Positions 1 through 9,959 of a stretch of DNA of 64,000 nt are shown here, in pieces (the stretch's first letter is position 1; each line of letters begins with the position of its first letter). Under the pieces are notes generated by a model. It did not search any database, was not told the DNA's origin, and saw only the letters and a list, made by a program, of their open reading frames with translations. The stretch covers positions 64,001-128,000 of IMG/VR virus record IMGVR_UViG_3300036790_000396; one strand, written 5' to 3'. A program made the position numbers and the translations under genes. Origin of the DNA: a virus.

Positions 1-3000
1 TCCCAGCCGGTTCTCGACGAGGACGGGCAGCCCGGCGTGGCACTGCTCCGTTCCCGGTTCACGCCCCTGATCCTCGCCCACGAGGCCGGGCACCTCCTGC
101 ACGTCCACCACGCCGGGATCGACGCGGGCCCCTACTCCCACCGTCACGGGGAGGAGGCCGGGAGCAGGATGCCCGACGAGGCCATGCACGGCCCGGAGTT
201 CTCCCGGCATTTCGCCGGAGCCCTCGATGCCATCTCGCCGGGCGCGGGCAGCGATCTCCTCCGCCACCGTGCCGATGCCGCCGCCCTGGTGAGCAACTAC
301 CGCCGCCGGTTCCACAGTCTCCCCCCGGTGGAGGCGTCGATGCCCGAGCCCGACTACGACCCCTCCGAGCCGCTGCCCCAGGGACGCGGCCTCTTCTGGC
401 GCCTGCACGACCCCGACGACCGCCCGCTCACGGAGCCGCACGCCCGCAGCCGCCGCGTGGACTGGGACTGGCTGAAGCCGGGTGAGACTGACCCGGACAC
501 CGGCCTGAAGAACGTGCACATCCAGACGGGACTGCGCGGTTTCTCCGCATTCCAGTCACCGCACCAGCTGCACCGGTACATGGAGGAGTACGGCTGGTCG
601 GAGGCGGGGCCGGACGGCGAGCACGCGTGGCCGGATTCCAGCCAGGTGGTCGCCTTCCACGGCAAGCAGGTGGGCCGGGGCGACGACGGCGAGCCTCTCG
701 TCATCCCGCACCCGAACGAGAAGTGCTGCGGGCGCATCATCCACTCCGGCATGGACTGGGACGAGTTCGAGCACCACGTGCAGCGCACCATGGGCAGCGA
801 CACCTCGTCTTCCCCCTGGAACCAGCAGCACGCGCACGAGAACTCCCCGGAGATCCGCTCGATCGAGCGGCATCATCACCCGCTGCGCCGCGGCCGGTTC
901 TACCCGCGCGCGCTGCGCGGCGGCCGGTTCTACCCGCACGAGGGAGCGCTGATGCGTCACTTCGCGGCCGGCCCCGAGGACTACGGGATGGACCACCGGC
1001 CTGACACTGGCGGCCCCCCGCTGCATGACCTGACCGACAGCAGCGAGACGGACTGGAGCCTGCCCGCTGACTACTACGACCGGATGCACGAGTACAGCCA
1101 GAACTATGATGCCGATAACCGCTACGGCATCGCCGAGTCCGAGCGGAAAGTGCGCCGCTACCGGGGGCAGCCGGACAAGCGCGTGAGAGTCTGGCGCGCT
1201 GCGCCGGCCGTGAACCCGGAATCCCGTAACGGCAAGCGCGGCGAAATCAACCACGGCGACTGGATCGGGCTGAGCAGGCAGAAAGCCGTCATGGAGGCTG
1301 CGAAGGAGAACGACCCTCCGTCCGGCAGCCTGCCCGCAGACCATCCGCGCCGCTATCACATCTGGTCCGCGATGGTTCCGGCGAAGCACGTCCGCAACGC
1401 GGACGGGGATCTCACCGAGTGGGGCTATGCCGGCCCCGACATCAAGGACATCACGCACTTCAGCGAGTACTGCAGCCACCGCGCCCGCGCGAAGCGCGAG
1501 GGGATCCTCCGGCACTTCGCCGGGGATTCTCCCGCGACCGGGCACTACGAGGAGCCCACGGGCGGATCGCTCTACCCGGTGCGGCACGTGTTCACCGCCG
1601 TCCACCCGGACGGCACCCGCGCCGACCTCCGGTACGTCCTGTCAAAGTCGGGGCGGAAGGGCGCGATGGACTCGCGCTTCCATATTCCGGCCGGCTACGG
1701 CGAGTCCCTCGGAGTCCCGCTCGCGCGGGCCGCCCGGCGCATGCACCCGCAGGCGAGGATCACCGGCATGCCCGGCGTCGGCCAGGACTGGGACTCGCTC
1801 CTGCCCTCGGTCACCTCACTGCACCGCGGCCTGACGCTGCGCCTCCCCCAGCCGGATCACTCTTTCCTCCACGACGACTCGGTGCCGAAGTCACGCCGGG
1901 CCGCGCGCCTGATGGAGCTGATGGCGGGGCACCCGTCGATGCACTGGGCCAGCCGCCGCGGGCTGGCCGCCGCCGAGGAGGATTTCGGCAATCACGAGTT
2001 CCGCAGGCCCGGCGATACCCAGGTGATGCTCAGCGCGGACGCGCCGCGCCGTGAGGACGTGGAGACGGATCCCGAACGGCTGCTCGCGCAGGACGTCCAC
2101 GAGCACGCGGCCCCGCACTGGGAGGTGCCGCTGAGAGAAGGCGCCCCCGTGAGCGTCACCTCCGTGCGCTGGCGGCAGGGCAGCGGCCCGTGGAGCAAGC
2201 ACCTGTTCCGGGGCGGCCGGCCGTTCACCGCCGCCCGGCAGCGGGAGGGCGACGAGCGCGAGTGGAACGGCTACACGCTGCGCTACCGCACCGAGGACCA
2301 GGGCGAGCGCAAGCCCAGGCACGTCATCGAGGCGTTCCCCGCGGACGGCACGGTCGCCGGGCGGCTCACCTGGTACGGCGCCACCGGGAAGATCCACCGG
2401 ATCGAGACGGCCGGCCCTGAGGACGCCCGCGGTGAGTCCGGCGACGGCTTCGGCAACGGCGCCGATCACCGCCGCAAGGGGCTCGCGACCGCGATGTGGG
2501 ACTGGTCGCAGGAGATGACCCCCAGGGCCCGCCATTCCGGTGACCAGACCGGCATGGGCACGGAATGGGCCCGCTCCCTGCGCCGCAAGGGCGCCCGCCG
2601 TGACCCGGCGCTTCCCAACCCGCACACGGGCGGCGACGAGTGGTTTCATGGCAGCCCCTGGAAGTTCGGCCAGTTCGGGGAGAACAGCAGCACGCTGGAA
2701 TTCGAGGATGATCCTCATGACACCAGCCACTGGAACGCCCTCCTGGGCCACCATTTCGCGGCCAGCCACAAGACCGCCGAGGAGTTCGCGGGCGCCGAGC
2801 ACTCCGCAGATCCTGACGGCAGCTACGACGATGGCGAGCCGGCGCGGAACATCATCCACGCCCGGCTGCACCTCACGAACCCGAAGATCTATGCCTCCGA
2901 GCACGACATGGACCAGGAGGCATACGAGCACGAGTGGAAGGCCGGCAACCACCACGACCTCCATCATGAGCCCGAGCTGCGCGATGATGAATGGGGCGGC

Positions 3001-4674
3001 GAATACGATCCCGATTATGACGAGCGGCCCCCGACCTACCAGTACGCCGGGCACGGCGACCGGATGCGCTCCCAGGAAGAATCTGACCCGTCCTACTGGA
3101 ACCAGTCACGTTCCTACCACCCGTACGCCACCGGCTGGCTGAATACCCACCCGGACAAGTACTCCATTGCGCAGCGCTTCAGGGACCGGCTGAAGGCCAG
3201 GGGCCACGACGGCATCGTCTACGGCAACGAGTTCGAGGGCTCCCAGATCGGCAAGGGCGACAAGCATCACCTGGCGGCGATTGCCTTTCACCCGCACCAG
3301 GTCGACGTGACCCAGCGGCACAGCGGCCCGGAGTGCATCGAGCCGGAGGCAGCCGGGCGCTCCTGGCCGGGCAGCCAGCAGCACCCTCTCCCCGGCATGC
3401 CGCGCGTGAGCGTCCTGCGGCACTTCGCTTCCGGCTATTTCGATGAGGTGAACTGGGACGAGATCCACCCCGAGATCGCGGGAGAGCCCCTCCACCGCGG
3501 CGTCGGCGTGACCCTTCCCGGTCACCTGCACCGCTTCGTCCACGACAGGGCGCTGCCCCGCCAGCAGCGCGCGGAGGCGCTCCTGGACTACCTGGGCGAC
3601 TCGGAGAAGCACGGCTACGGACGGGATTCGCAGGCGGGCCTGGGCACTCACTGGTCGATGCGCCGGGACACGGCCGAGAACTTCGCCGAGAACGCCGCGA
3701 AGCACGAGGGCGGGGGCGAGCCCCACCCTGACTACGGGATGATCCCCGGCGAGCGCGAGCACGCCGTCTACACGCCGCCGCCGCGGCCCGCGTCCAGGCC
3801 CGGCACCGCCGTGGTCTTCCATTCCCGCGTTCCGGACCGTGACGACATCGACGAGCGCGCCGGCGACGACATGGGCGTCTACCACCCCTACTCGCATGAC
3901 GAGGCGGAGGTGCCCGTGCGCTCCGGGGCCGGGATCGGCCTGACCGGCGTCTCCTGGGCACCGGTCCACGACGAGGACGACCCGCGCTCGTGGGACGGCC
4001 CGCAGTACGAGCACCACGAGTTCGGGGAGCCCGACTACCGTACGGCAGCCCGGTCGGGGAGCATGCCGCACCCGGACTACGATCCGTCGGAGGAACTGCC
4101 CGAGGGGCGCGGGATCTTCTATCGGGCGCACGACATGCGCCGTCCGCTCGATGAGCAGCACGCCCGCAGCGCCCCGCTCAGCCACGGCTACCGCCCGTTC
4201 CAGCAGAACCCCGTCTTTTCTGTCGGCCAGCGCGGCTACTCCTCTTTCCGCAGCCCGCACATGCTCAGCTCGTACATGGACGAATACGAGTGGGAGCCCG
4301 CGAAGGACCGGGAAGCAGTTGCCTTCCACGGGAAGCAAGTCGGGGTCGGGGAGGATAACGAGCCGCTCGTAGTCCCGGCCCCGGATCCGCATTGCTGCGG
4401 GCGCGTGATTCATTCCAGGATGCCGTGGGAGGAGTTCGAGCGGAAGACGTGGCCCTCGCACCTTAATGACCCGGAGTCGGAGGAGCACGGCTACCATGAC
4501 GTCGGCGCGCTCCCGCAGCCGTTGCGCCAGCCCTGGGCACCGGAACGCTGGGTGCCTGGTGCCCGCCCCTGGGAAAGCCCGGGGGACCGGTCGGAGCGCC
4601 GTCACCAGGAGAAGGAAGACCGCCGCCGCGAGCGCCGGGCATCCGCGCTGACCCTTACGGAGGCCATGGCATGA
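1..4674 (+). CDS. Giant modular (polyvalent-like) putative head/internal protein, 5'-truncated: zincin HExxH, duplicated unknown module, ART-like domains, GNAT, ART-PolyVal-like
   Basis: Frame is open from base 1. Motifs: LAHEAGH...HGPEF; HRRKGLATAMW (GNAT motif A); WFHGS...HFA...GHDGIVY (ART-PolyVal-like); two HRG...HW(S/A)...EVP modules; RHFA/RTAA junctions. Confidence 0.75.
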   Translation, partial: SQPVLDEDGQPGVALLRSRFTPLILAHEAGHLLHVHHAGIDAGPYSHRHGEEAGSRMPDEAMHGPEFSRHFAGALDAISPGAGSDLLRHRADAAALVSNYRRRFHSLPPVEASMPEPDYDPSEPLPQGRGLFWRLHDPDDRPLTEPHARSRRVDWDWLKPGETDPDTGLKNVHIQTGLRGFSAFQSPHQLHRYMEEYGWSEAGPDGEHAWPDSSQVVAFHGKQVGRGDDGEPLVIPHPNEKCCGRIIHSGMDWDEFEHHVQRTMGSDTSSSPWNQQHAHENSPEIRSIERHHHPLRRGRFYPRALRGGRFYPHEGALMRHFAAGPEDYGMDHRPDTGGPPLHDLTDSSETDWSLPADYYDRMHEYSQNYDADNRYGIAESERKVRRYRGQPDKRVRVWRAAPAVNPESRNGKRGEINHGDWIGLSRQKAVMEAAKENDPPSGSLPADHPRRYHIWSAMVPAKHVRNADGDLTEWGYAGPDIKDITHFSEYCSHRARAKREGILRHFAGDSPATGHYEEPTGGSLYPVRHVFTAVHPDGTRADLRYVLSKSGRKGAMDSRFHIPAGYGESLGVPLARAARRMHPQARITGMPGVGQDWDSLLPSVTSLHRGLTLRLPQPDHSFLHDDSVPKSRRAARLMELMAGHPSMHWASRRGLAAAEEDFGNHEFRRPGDTQVMLSADAPRREDVETDPERLLAQDVHEHAAPHWEVPLREGAPVSVTSVRWRQGSGPWSKHLFRGGRPFTAARQREGDEREWNGYTLRYRTEDQGERKPRHVIEAFPADGTVAGRLTWYGATGKIHRIETAGPEDARGESGDGFGNGADHRRKGLATAMWDWSQEMTPRARHSGDQTGMGTEWARSLRRKGARRDPALPNPHTGGDEWFHGSPWKFGQFGENSSTLEFEDDPHDTSHWNALLGHHFAASHKTAEEFAGAEHSADPDGSYDDGEPARNIIHARLHLTNPKIYASEHDMDQEAYEHEWKAGNHHDLHHEPELRDDEWGGEYDPDYDERPPTYQYAGHGDRMRSQEESDPSYWNQSRSYHPYATGWLNTHPDKYSIAQRFRDRLKARGHDGIVYGNEFEGSQIGKGDKHHLAAIAFHPHQVDVTQRHSGPECIEPEAAGRSWPGSQQHPLPGMPRVSVLRHFASGYFDEVNWDEIHPEIAGEPLHRGVGVTLPGHLHRFVHDRALPRQQRAEALLDYLGDSEKHGYGRDSQAGLGTHWSMRRDTAENFAENAAKHEGGGEPHPDYGMIPGEREHAVYTPPPRPASRPGTAVVFHSRVPDRDDIDERAGDDMGVYHPYSHDEAEVPVRSGAGIGLTGVSWAPVHDEDDPRSWDGPQYEHHEFGEPDYRTAARSGSMPHPDYDPSEELPEGRGIFYRAHDMRRPLDEQHARSAPLSHGYRPFQQNPVFSVGQRGYSSFRSPHMLSSYMDEYEWEPAKDREAVAFHGKQVGVGEDNEPLVVPAPDPHCCGRVIHSRMPWEEFERKTWPSHLNDPESEEHGYHDVGALPQPLRQPWAPERWVPGARPWESPGDRSERRHQEKEDRRRERRASALTLTEAMA

Positions 4675-7600
4675 GCAGCCGGCAGGCAGCGTGGACGCCG
4701 TCCGAGCGCATCTTCGGCCGAACATGGGGCCTGGATCACCGGCTGTTCAGCGGGGACCGCATGCGCCCGGAAGTCCGCAGGACACTCCTGGCGCGGCTGG
4801 ACAGCGCGCTGGAGCCCGTCCTCGGCCCGCAGTGGCAGGTCTTCACCCGCGCCTACCTCATGGGCTCGCAGGCGTCCCGCTGGACCTCCCCGGAGCTGGA
4901 GGGCAACGGGGACCTCGATGTCATCCTCGCGGTCGACCCGGGTCATCCCCACGAGGACGCCGGGCACATCAACGGCATCCTGCGGCGCACGTTCGACCGC
5001 GGGGACTGGCACCCGCCGTTCGATCCCCGGGGCACCTACGACCTGACGGGCTACGTCAACCCGCTGGCCTGGAACGTCACGGACATCAGCCCCTACGCTG
5101 CCTATGACCTGACCGGAGACCGCTTCGCCGTGGACCCCCCCGACCTTCCCGACTGGTCCCCGGACCAGTTCCCGCAGGGAAAGGCCCTGCTGCAGGAGGG
5201 CCGGGCTCTCGGTGCCCAGGCCCGCGCGCTGCTGCGGATGCCCGAGCCGTTCCGCTCGCAGGAGGCGCGGCGGCTGTGGGACTACATCCGCTCCGGCCGC
5301 GACGAGGGATTCGCTCCCGGCGGGCTGGGCTGGCAGTCTGCCGGGAATGTACTCGAAAAGATGCTCGACCAGATGCCCGGCAACCTCGTCGGCCGCCTGA
5401 AGGAAGCCGTCTACGGCAGGCAGGTCACTGCCGGCGCCTACGACTGGGCTGCTGACGAGGGGCCGTACACCTGGGAGGAGATCGGCGACCGGTACCCGCG
5501 CGTCTACGGCGAGGACTCCGGCGACAGCGAGGGAATCGGCTGGGCGGCCTCGCACCTGTACCACGACCGTCCCGGCCATTCGCAGGACGACAGCACGGGC
5601 GAGGAGTCCGCCGACGACATGGAGTTCCACCCGCGGACGGTCGACCCGGCCCGGATTGACTACATGCGCTCCGAGCCGGGAGACCCGCGCGTGACCCGGG
5701 CCCGCAGGGGATATGAGAGCCAGCAGCCGGAAAAGGTCCCGCCGCTGATCCTGGTGCACCGTAACGGCGTGTTCATGCCAGCCGACGGCCATCACCGGGC
5801 AGAGGGCGCGGCCAGGGCCCGCAAGCCGGTGCGTGCCTACGTGGCCTATTCCCCGCACGATGCCGAGCCGTTCTCCGACGGGGAGCGGGGCCCGTTCAAC
5901 GGTGCCGGGACCAGGGAACGGCCCCCGCTGACGGACCAGGACGGCCGGCAGTTCCGGATATCCTACCCCGGGTTCCCGCATACGGCCGAGACGGAGATCC
6001 CGCCGCGGGAGGCGTCGCTCCTGAGCCACTTCGCGGCCTGGGAGGACGAGTACGACGATGACCATGGCGACGGCCAGGATCCCGATCGCTACGTCGAGTG
6101 CGACCAGGGCCACCGCCACTGGGGCGCCGCCGGGGCCGCTGGCCTCCTGATCCGCCATAAGCGCCCCTCGGGCGAGCACGAGTACCTGCTGCAGAAGCGG
6201 TCCCCGTACGTGCAGCACGGCGGCACCTGGTCCACGCCCGGCGGTGCCCTGGGCCACGGCGAGACGCCCGAGGAAGGCGCGGTGCGCGAGGGCGAGGAGG
6301 AGCTTGGCGGGCTGCCCGACGATCTCTGGCACAGCCACACGAGCCATGACGAGCACGGCGGATGGAAATACTCGACTGTCGTCATGGACTCCCCGCGCCG
6401 GTTCGAGCCTGAGGGCGGCGGCGAGAGCGACTGGGAGCACGGCGGCCACGGCTGGTTCACGCCGGAGGAGATGAAGGACCTCCCGCTGCACCCCGGATTC
6501 GCGGCGAGCTGGGACCGGGTCCGCAAGTCCGGGGCCCTGCGCCAGGCCGTCGTCGATCCCGCCAGCCTGCCCCGCGACCAGCTGAACGGGATCACGCGTG
6601 CCCGCGTCTACTACCCGCCGGGCCAGTCGGAGGACCGGCGCCTCCTCGACGTGGCGAGCAGGCCGCGCCCCGGCACCCGCGTGTGGCGCGGCGAGCTGCG
6701 CCCGGAGGGGGAGAACCCGGGGAACGTGCAGTCGGTCGGCATGCACTGGACCGTGAACCCCAGGGCGCTGCTGCTGCGCGGCAATGAGCCGGGGTGGAGG
6801 CAGCACGTCTGGCAGGGCGTCGTCGATGACTTCGGCTCCCAGGCGTTCCCCCGCAGCCATGATGTGTGGAGGGCGGTGCGCAGCGGCGACGGGGAGCACG
6901 AGATCCGTTTCCGCCCCGGTGCCCGGGTGCGCCTGGAAGGCGCCTACGTGTCCGGCAGCGGCACGGGGGACCGCCGGGAGCCGATGGGGATCCTGGATCC
7001 CCTCCACCCGGAGAGTACCGACCCGCGCTGGGAATGGCACCCGATGGACCGGCCCGTGACCGTCCGGCACCGCCCCGGGGCGCCCGGCTCTCCCTCGCGG
7101 GGAGGTGCTGACTACGCGTCCCTGGGCATCAGCCACGAGGGCGTGGCCCACGATGACTCCAACCCGTACCTGATGGTGGCCGTCGTCCCGCCCGAGCATG
7201 TCTCCGCCGCCCTCGCGGAGTCGATGGAGCCCCTTACCCGCCATGACCCGGAGCCGCCGGAGGAGCATCACGTCACGATGCTGTACCTGGGCAAGGAGAA
7301 GGACCACACCCCGGCGCAGCGCGCGAAGCTGCCCGGCCTGGTCCGGGAGTGGGCGTCCTGCCAGCAGCCGTTCACCGTCCGCGTGCAGGGCGCGGGGACG
7401 TTCGCTAACGAGGGCGAGCACACCGTCCACGCCCTGGTCGACATGCCCGACGGCCATCACCTCCGCACGTCACTGGAGGAGCACCTCGCCGGCCATGGCA
7501 TCTCGTGGCCGCGGGATCACGGGTTCGCCCCGCACCTGACGCTGGCCTACTCGCAGCAGCCGGTCCGGTTCCTGCCCAGTGTCCCGCGCTCGGAATGGAC

Positions 7601-7679
7601 CGCCGGCCAGGTGCACTGGTGCCGCGGGAAGGACTGGCAGCCTGTCCCGCTGGGCCGCGCGCCTGCTAAGGTTAATTGA
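4671..7679 (+). CDS. Multidomain protein: Pol-beta-type nucleotidyltransferase, ParB/Srx-like, Nudix hydrolase, ART-like, 2H phosphoesterase
   Basis: GSQAS...GDLDV; PPLIL...ADGHHRA; PGG...GETPEEGAVREGEEELG (Nudix box); VWRGE...GMHWT...EHEIR; HVTM and HLTL (2H motifs). ATGA overlap with the upstream gene. Confidence 0.8.
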   Translation: MSSRQAAWTPSERIFGRTWGLDHRLFSGDRMRPEVRRTLLARLDSALEPVLGPQWQVFTRAYLMGSQASRWTSPELEGNGDLDVILAVDPGHPHEDAGHINGILRRTFDRGDWHPPFDPRGTYDLTGYVNPLAWNVTDISPYAAYDLTGDRFAVDPPDLPDWSPDQFPQGKALLQEGRALGAQARALLRMPEPFRSQEARRLWDYIRSGRDEGFAPGGLGWQSAGNVLEKMLDQMPGNLVGRLKEAVYGRQVTAGAYDWAADEGPYTWEEIGDRYPRVYGEDSGDSEGIGWAASHLYHDRPGHSQDDSTGEESADDMEFHPRTVDPARIDYMRSEPGDPRVTRARRGYESQQPEKVPPLILVHRNGVFMPADGHHRAEGAARARKPVRAYVAYSPHDAEPFSDGERGPFNGAGTRERPPLTDQDGRQFRISYPGFPHTAETEIPPREASLLSHFAAWEDEYDDDHGDGQDPDRYVECDQGHRHWGAAGAAGLLIRHKRPSGEHEYLLQKRSPYVQHGGTWSTPGGALGHGETPEEGAVREGEEELGGLPDDLWHSHTSHDEHGGWKYSTVVMDSPRRFEPEGGGESDWEHGGHGWFTPEEMKDLPLHPGFAASWDRVRKSGALRQAVVDPASLPRDQLNGITRARVYYPPGQSEDRRLLDVASRPRPGTRVWRGELRPEGENPGNVQSVGMHWTVNPRALLLRGNEPGWRQHVWQGVVDDFGSQAFPRSHDVWRAVRSGDGEHEIRFRPGARVRLEGAYVSGSGTGDRREPMGILDPLHPESTDPRWEWHPMDRPVTVRHRPGAPGSPSRGGADYASLGISHEGVAHDDSNPYLMVAVVPPEHVSAALAESMEPLTRHDPEPPEEHHVTMLYLGKEKDHTPAQRAKLPGLVREWASCQQPFTVRVQGAGTFANEGEHTVHALVDMPDGHHLRTSLEEHLAGHGISWPRDHGFAPHLTLAYSQQPVRFLPSVPRSEWTAGQVHWCRGKDWQPVPLGRAPAKVN

Positions 7680-7680
7680 T

Positions 7681-7941
7681 ATGAACGACCTCAGCATGAA
7701 GCCCGGCATGTCCCGTGAGGACCGTACCGCGATCCGCCAGCGCATCGAGGACGAGCTGGTGCAGGCGGCCCGCGCCCAGGCAGTCCGCCTGTCCCGCTCC
7801 CCGCGCTGTGCCGCTGTCGCCCCGGAACTGCCGCGTCCCGGGGGAATGACCGGGGACCAGGCGAAAGCCGAGCACGCGAAATGCCTTGCCGAGATGTCAG
7901 GGAACGGGTGCCTGTGCCCGTGCCATGACCCGGACGAGTAG
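7681..7941 (+). CDS. Hypothetical protein with C-terminal CxCxCH
   Basis: ATG immediately after an AT-rich motif; GC3-rich codons. Confidence 0.55.
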   Translation: MNDLSMKPGMSREDRTAIRQRIEDELVQAARAQAVRLSRSPRCAAVAPELPRPGGMTGDQAKAEHAKCLAEMSGNGCLCPCHDPDE

Positions 7942-7942
7942 C

Positions 7943-8185
7943 ATGCCCGGTCCTGAGACGGGGACCGGCCGCTACCGGGACATCGCCGGCGGCCAGTCCG
8001 CTGCCGCCGTCCCGGCCGGTACCCGCAAGGTGGTTGACGGGCTGCGAGAATACCGGGCGTGGCGCGGCATGCGCGATCCCCTCGTGAAAGCCGCTCTCGC
8101 CGCTGGCATTCCCGTGCACCGCATCTGCGAGGAATCCGGTCTCCACAAGGACACGGTGCGCCGCATTAAGGACGGTCACAGATGA
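7943..8185 (+). CDS. Small HTH DNA-binding protein
   Basis: RDPLVKAALAAGIPVHRICEESGLHKDTVRRI. Confidence 0.65.
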   Translation: MPGPETGTGRYRDIAGGQSAAAVPAGTRKVVDGLREYRAWRGMRDPLVKAALAAGIPVHRICEESGLHKDTVRRIKDGHR

Positions 8186-8415
8186 AATCTGCGGAGTACC
8201 CTCAGAGAAAATGCCGGGAGCGAGTCCCCGGCGACTTTCAGGATTACCTGTGCCCTATCCGCGAGCACCACGCCGGGCCGTGTGCCGCATTCGAGGTCCC
8301 GCGTTCGGTCCAGGCCCGCGATAAATGGGAAGAGGCTCATCCCTCCTGGGAGAAGATGAGCGTATTCGACGATCCTTTCGCCGAGGCTGAGAAGATCATG
8401 AAGGGGGAACAGTGA
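8182..8415 (+). CDS. Hypothetical protein
   Basis: ATGA coupling; C/H-rich motif. Confidence 0.55.
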   Translation: MKSAEYPQRKCRERVPGDFQDYLCPIREHHAGPCAAFEVPRSVQARDKWEEAHPSWEKMSVFDDPFAEAEKIMKGEQ

Positions 8416-8561
8416 TCACTCTTCACCTATGGTCCGTGATCAGCATCGGGACCGCCGGCATTCTCGTCGGCATTATTCTCGGTGCCTGCGCGCTGATGGC
8501 CGGGATCCGCTCCGGCGAGCGCCGCCGTACCGTGCGGGCGCGAAGGGAATGGACGCCGTGA
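8412..8561 (+). CDS. Small membrane protein
   Basis: GTGA overlaps at both ends; one hydrophobic helix. Not in the ORF track; translated by hand. Confidence 0.5.
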   Translation: MITLHLWSVISIGTAGILVGIILGACALMAGIRSGERRRTVRARREWTP

Positions 8562-9178
8562 CCGGCAGCCGCATCCTGCGGCCGGTGCCGCTGTCGCATC
8601 GCAGGATACTCGGCGCCTATGCCTCCGCGGCACTCGTCTTCTCCGAGAAAGAGCTGGACGACGATGATCCCGGGACTGAGCGGCGCAAGTTCCTCGCCGA
8701 GTTCAGCACGACCGTGCTGTCCGGGCGGCGCATCGAGCAGCATCCCTCCGTCACCCACCAGGTGCCCGCCTCGTGGTGGCAGCATCTCAAGGACGACTGC
8801 CTCCCTGCCTGGGCGCGGCGGCGCTGGCCCGTCCGCTACCGCGAGCTGAAGACCACCCTGCTGCTGGAGCAGGACATTCTCTTTCCCTATGCCGATTTCG
8901 TTCCGCCGCCGCCGGACCAGTTCGGCCGTCCCGTCCTGTGGGAGAGCCTCTCCGCCGAGAGCGGCCCGGGGATCCTCCAGCAGGGAGAGGGCCGGTTCCT
9001 GGACCGGCTCGACGTCCTGCACTACTTCTACCTGTGGCTGGAGCGGACGCGCCCGGCAGGCACGCGCGTCGTCCGGGACCCGTACGAGATCATCGCGCAG
9101 TTCTTCGAGTGGCTGGAGCTGTCGGGCGTGAACCCGGACGAGCTGGTGTGCCGCGGCTACGAGAAGAGGCCGCTGTGA
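8558..9178 (+). CDS. Hypothetical phage protein
   Basis: PASWWQHLK...RWPVRY motif; coupled to neighbours. Confidence 0.6.
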   Translation: MTGSRILRPVPLSHRRILGAYASAALVFSEKELDDDDPGTERRKFLAEFSTTVLSGRRIEQHPSVTHQVPASWWQHLKDDCLPAWARRRWPVRYRELKTTLLLEQDILFPYADFVPPPPDQFGRPVLWESLSAESGPGILQQGEGRFLDRLDVLHYFYLWLERTRPAGTRVVRDPYEIIAQFFEWLELSGVNPDELVCRGYEKRPL

Positions 9179-9801
9179 GCCCGCAGGAGGAAGACGCTGC
9201 CGTGGGAATGGCCGCGCTGCTGGCCGATCCCCGGCTGCGGGAGATCAGCAGCTGCCGCGACGGCGGTTTCGTTCCCTCCTCGGGCCCTCCCCGCGCTCCC
9301 GTCATGCTCGTCGGCGAGGCGCCGGGCGAGGAGGAGGCCCGGCAGGCAAAGCCGTTCTGCGGCCCGTCTGGTGCTTTCCTGGACGAGATGCTGGCGCTGG
9401 CCGGGATCGAGCGGCGCCTCTGCTACGCCGCCAATGTCGTCCCGTTCCGGCCGCCCGGCAACCGGACGCCGTTCCCGTCCGAGATCGGCGCGTGCATGCC
9501 CAGGCTGGAAACGGAAATCTCCTTCGTCTCCCCGGTCCTGATCATCGCCCTGGGCGCGACCGCGTGGAAGGCGCTGGGCGGCCCGCGCAGCGTCACGGCG
9601 ATGCACGGGCAGAGGACGCAGTACCGCCAGGGTGCCGGTGCGAATATCCTGGTGCCCGTGACGCGAACGGCCCCGGCTGAGTTCAGCTGCTCGCTCATGT
9701 GCTCCTACCACCCGGCCGCCGCCCTGCGCGACCGCGTCCGCGACAGGGAGATGCGCGAGGACTTCACGGAGCTGCGGAATATCCTGGAGAGGAAGAAATG
9801 A
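9175..9801 (+). CDS. udg: Uracil-DNA glycosylase, family 4-like
   Basis: MLVGEAPG..E....PF.GPSG; RPPGNRTP; YHPAA. Confidence 0.9.
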   Translation: MSPQEEDAAVGMAALLADPRLREISSCRDGGFVPSSGPPRAPVMLVGEAPGEEEARQAKPFCGPSGAFLDEMLALAGIERRLCYAANVVPFRPPGNRTPFPSEIGACMPRLETEISFVSPVLIIALGATAWKALGGPRSVTAMHGQRTQYRQGAGANILVPVTRTAPAEFSCSLMCSYHPAAALRDRVRDREMREDFTELRNILERKK

Positions 9802-9959
9802 TTCCCGTCATCGTGTCTGCCGTGCTCCTGGTCGAGACGGTTGCCAACACCGTCGTCTACTTCTGGCAGAAGTCAGTGATCTCCCGCCTGAACCGGGAAA
9901 CCGGGGGCCTGCGGGAGCATATCCGCGAGCTGCAGGAAACGATGGACCGGCAGTGGTGA
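9798..9959 (+). CDS. Small membrane/coiled-coil protein
   Basis: ATGA overlap; N-terminal hydrophobic helix. Confidence 0.5.
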   Translation: MIPVIVSAVLLVETVANTVVYFWQKSVISRLNRETGGLREHIRELQETMDRQW

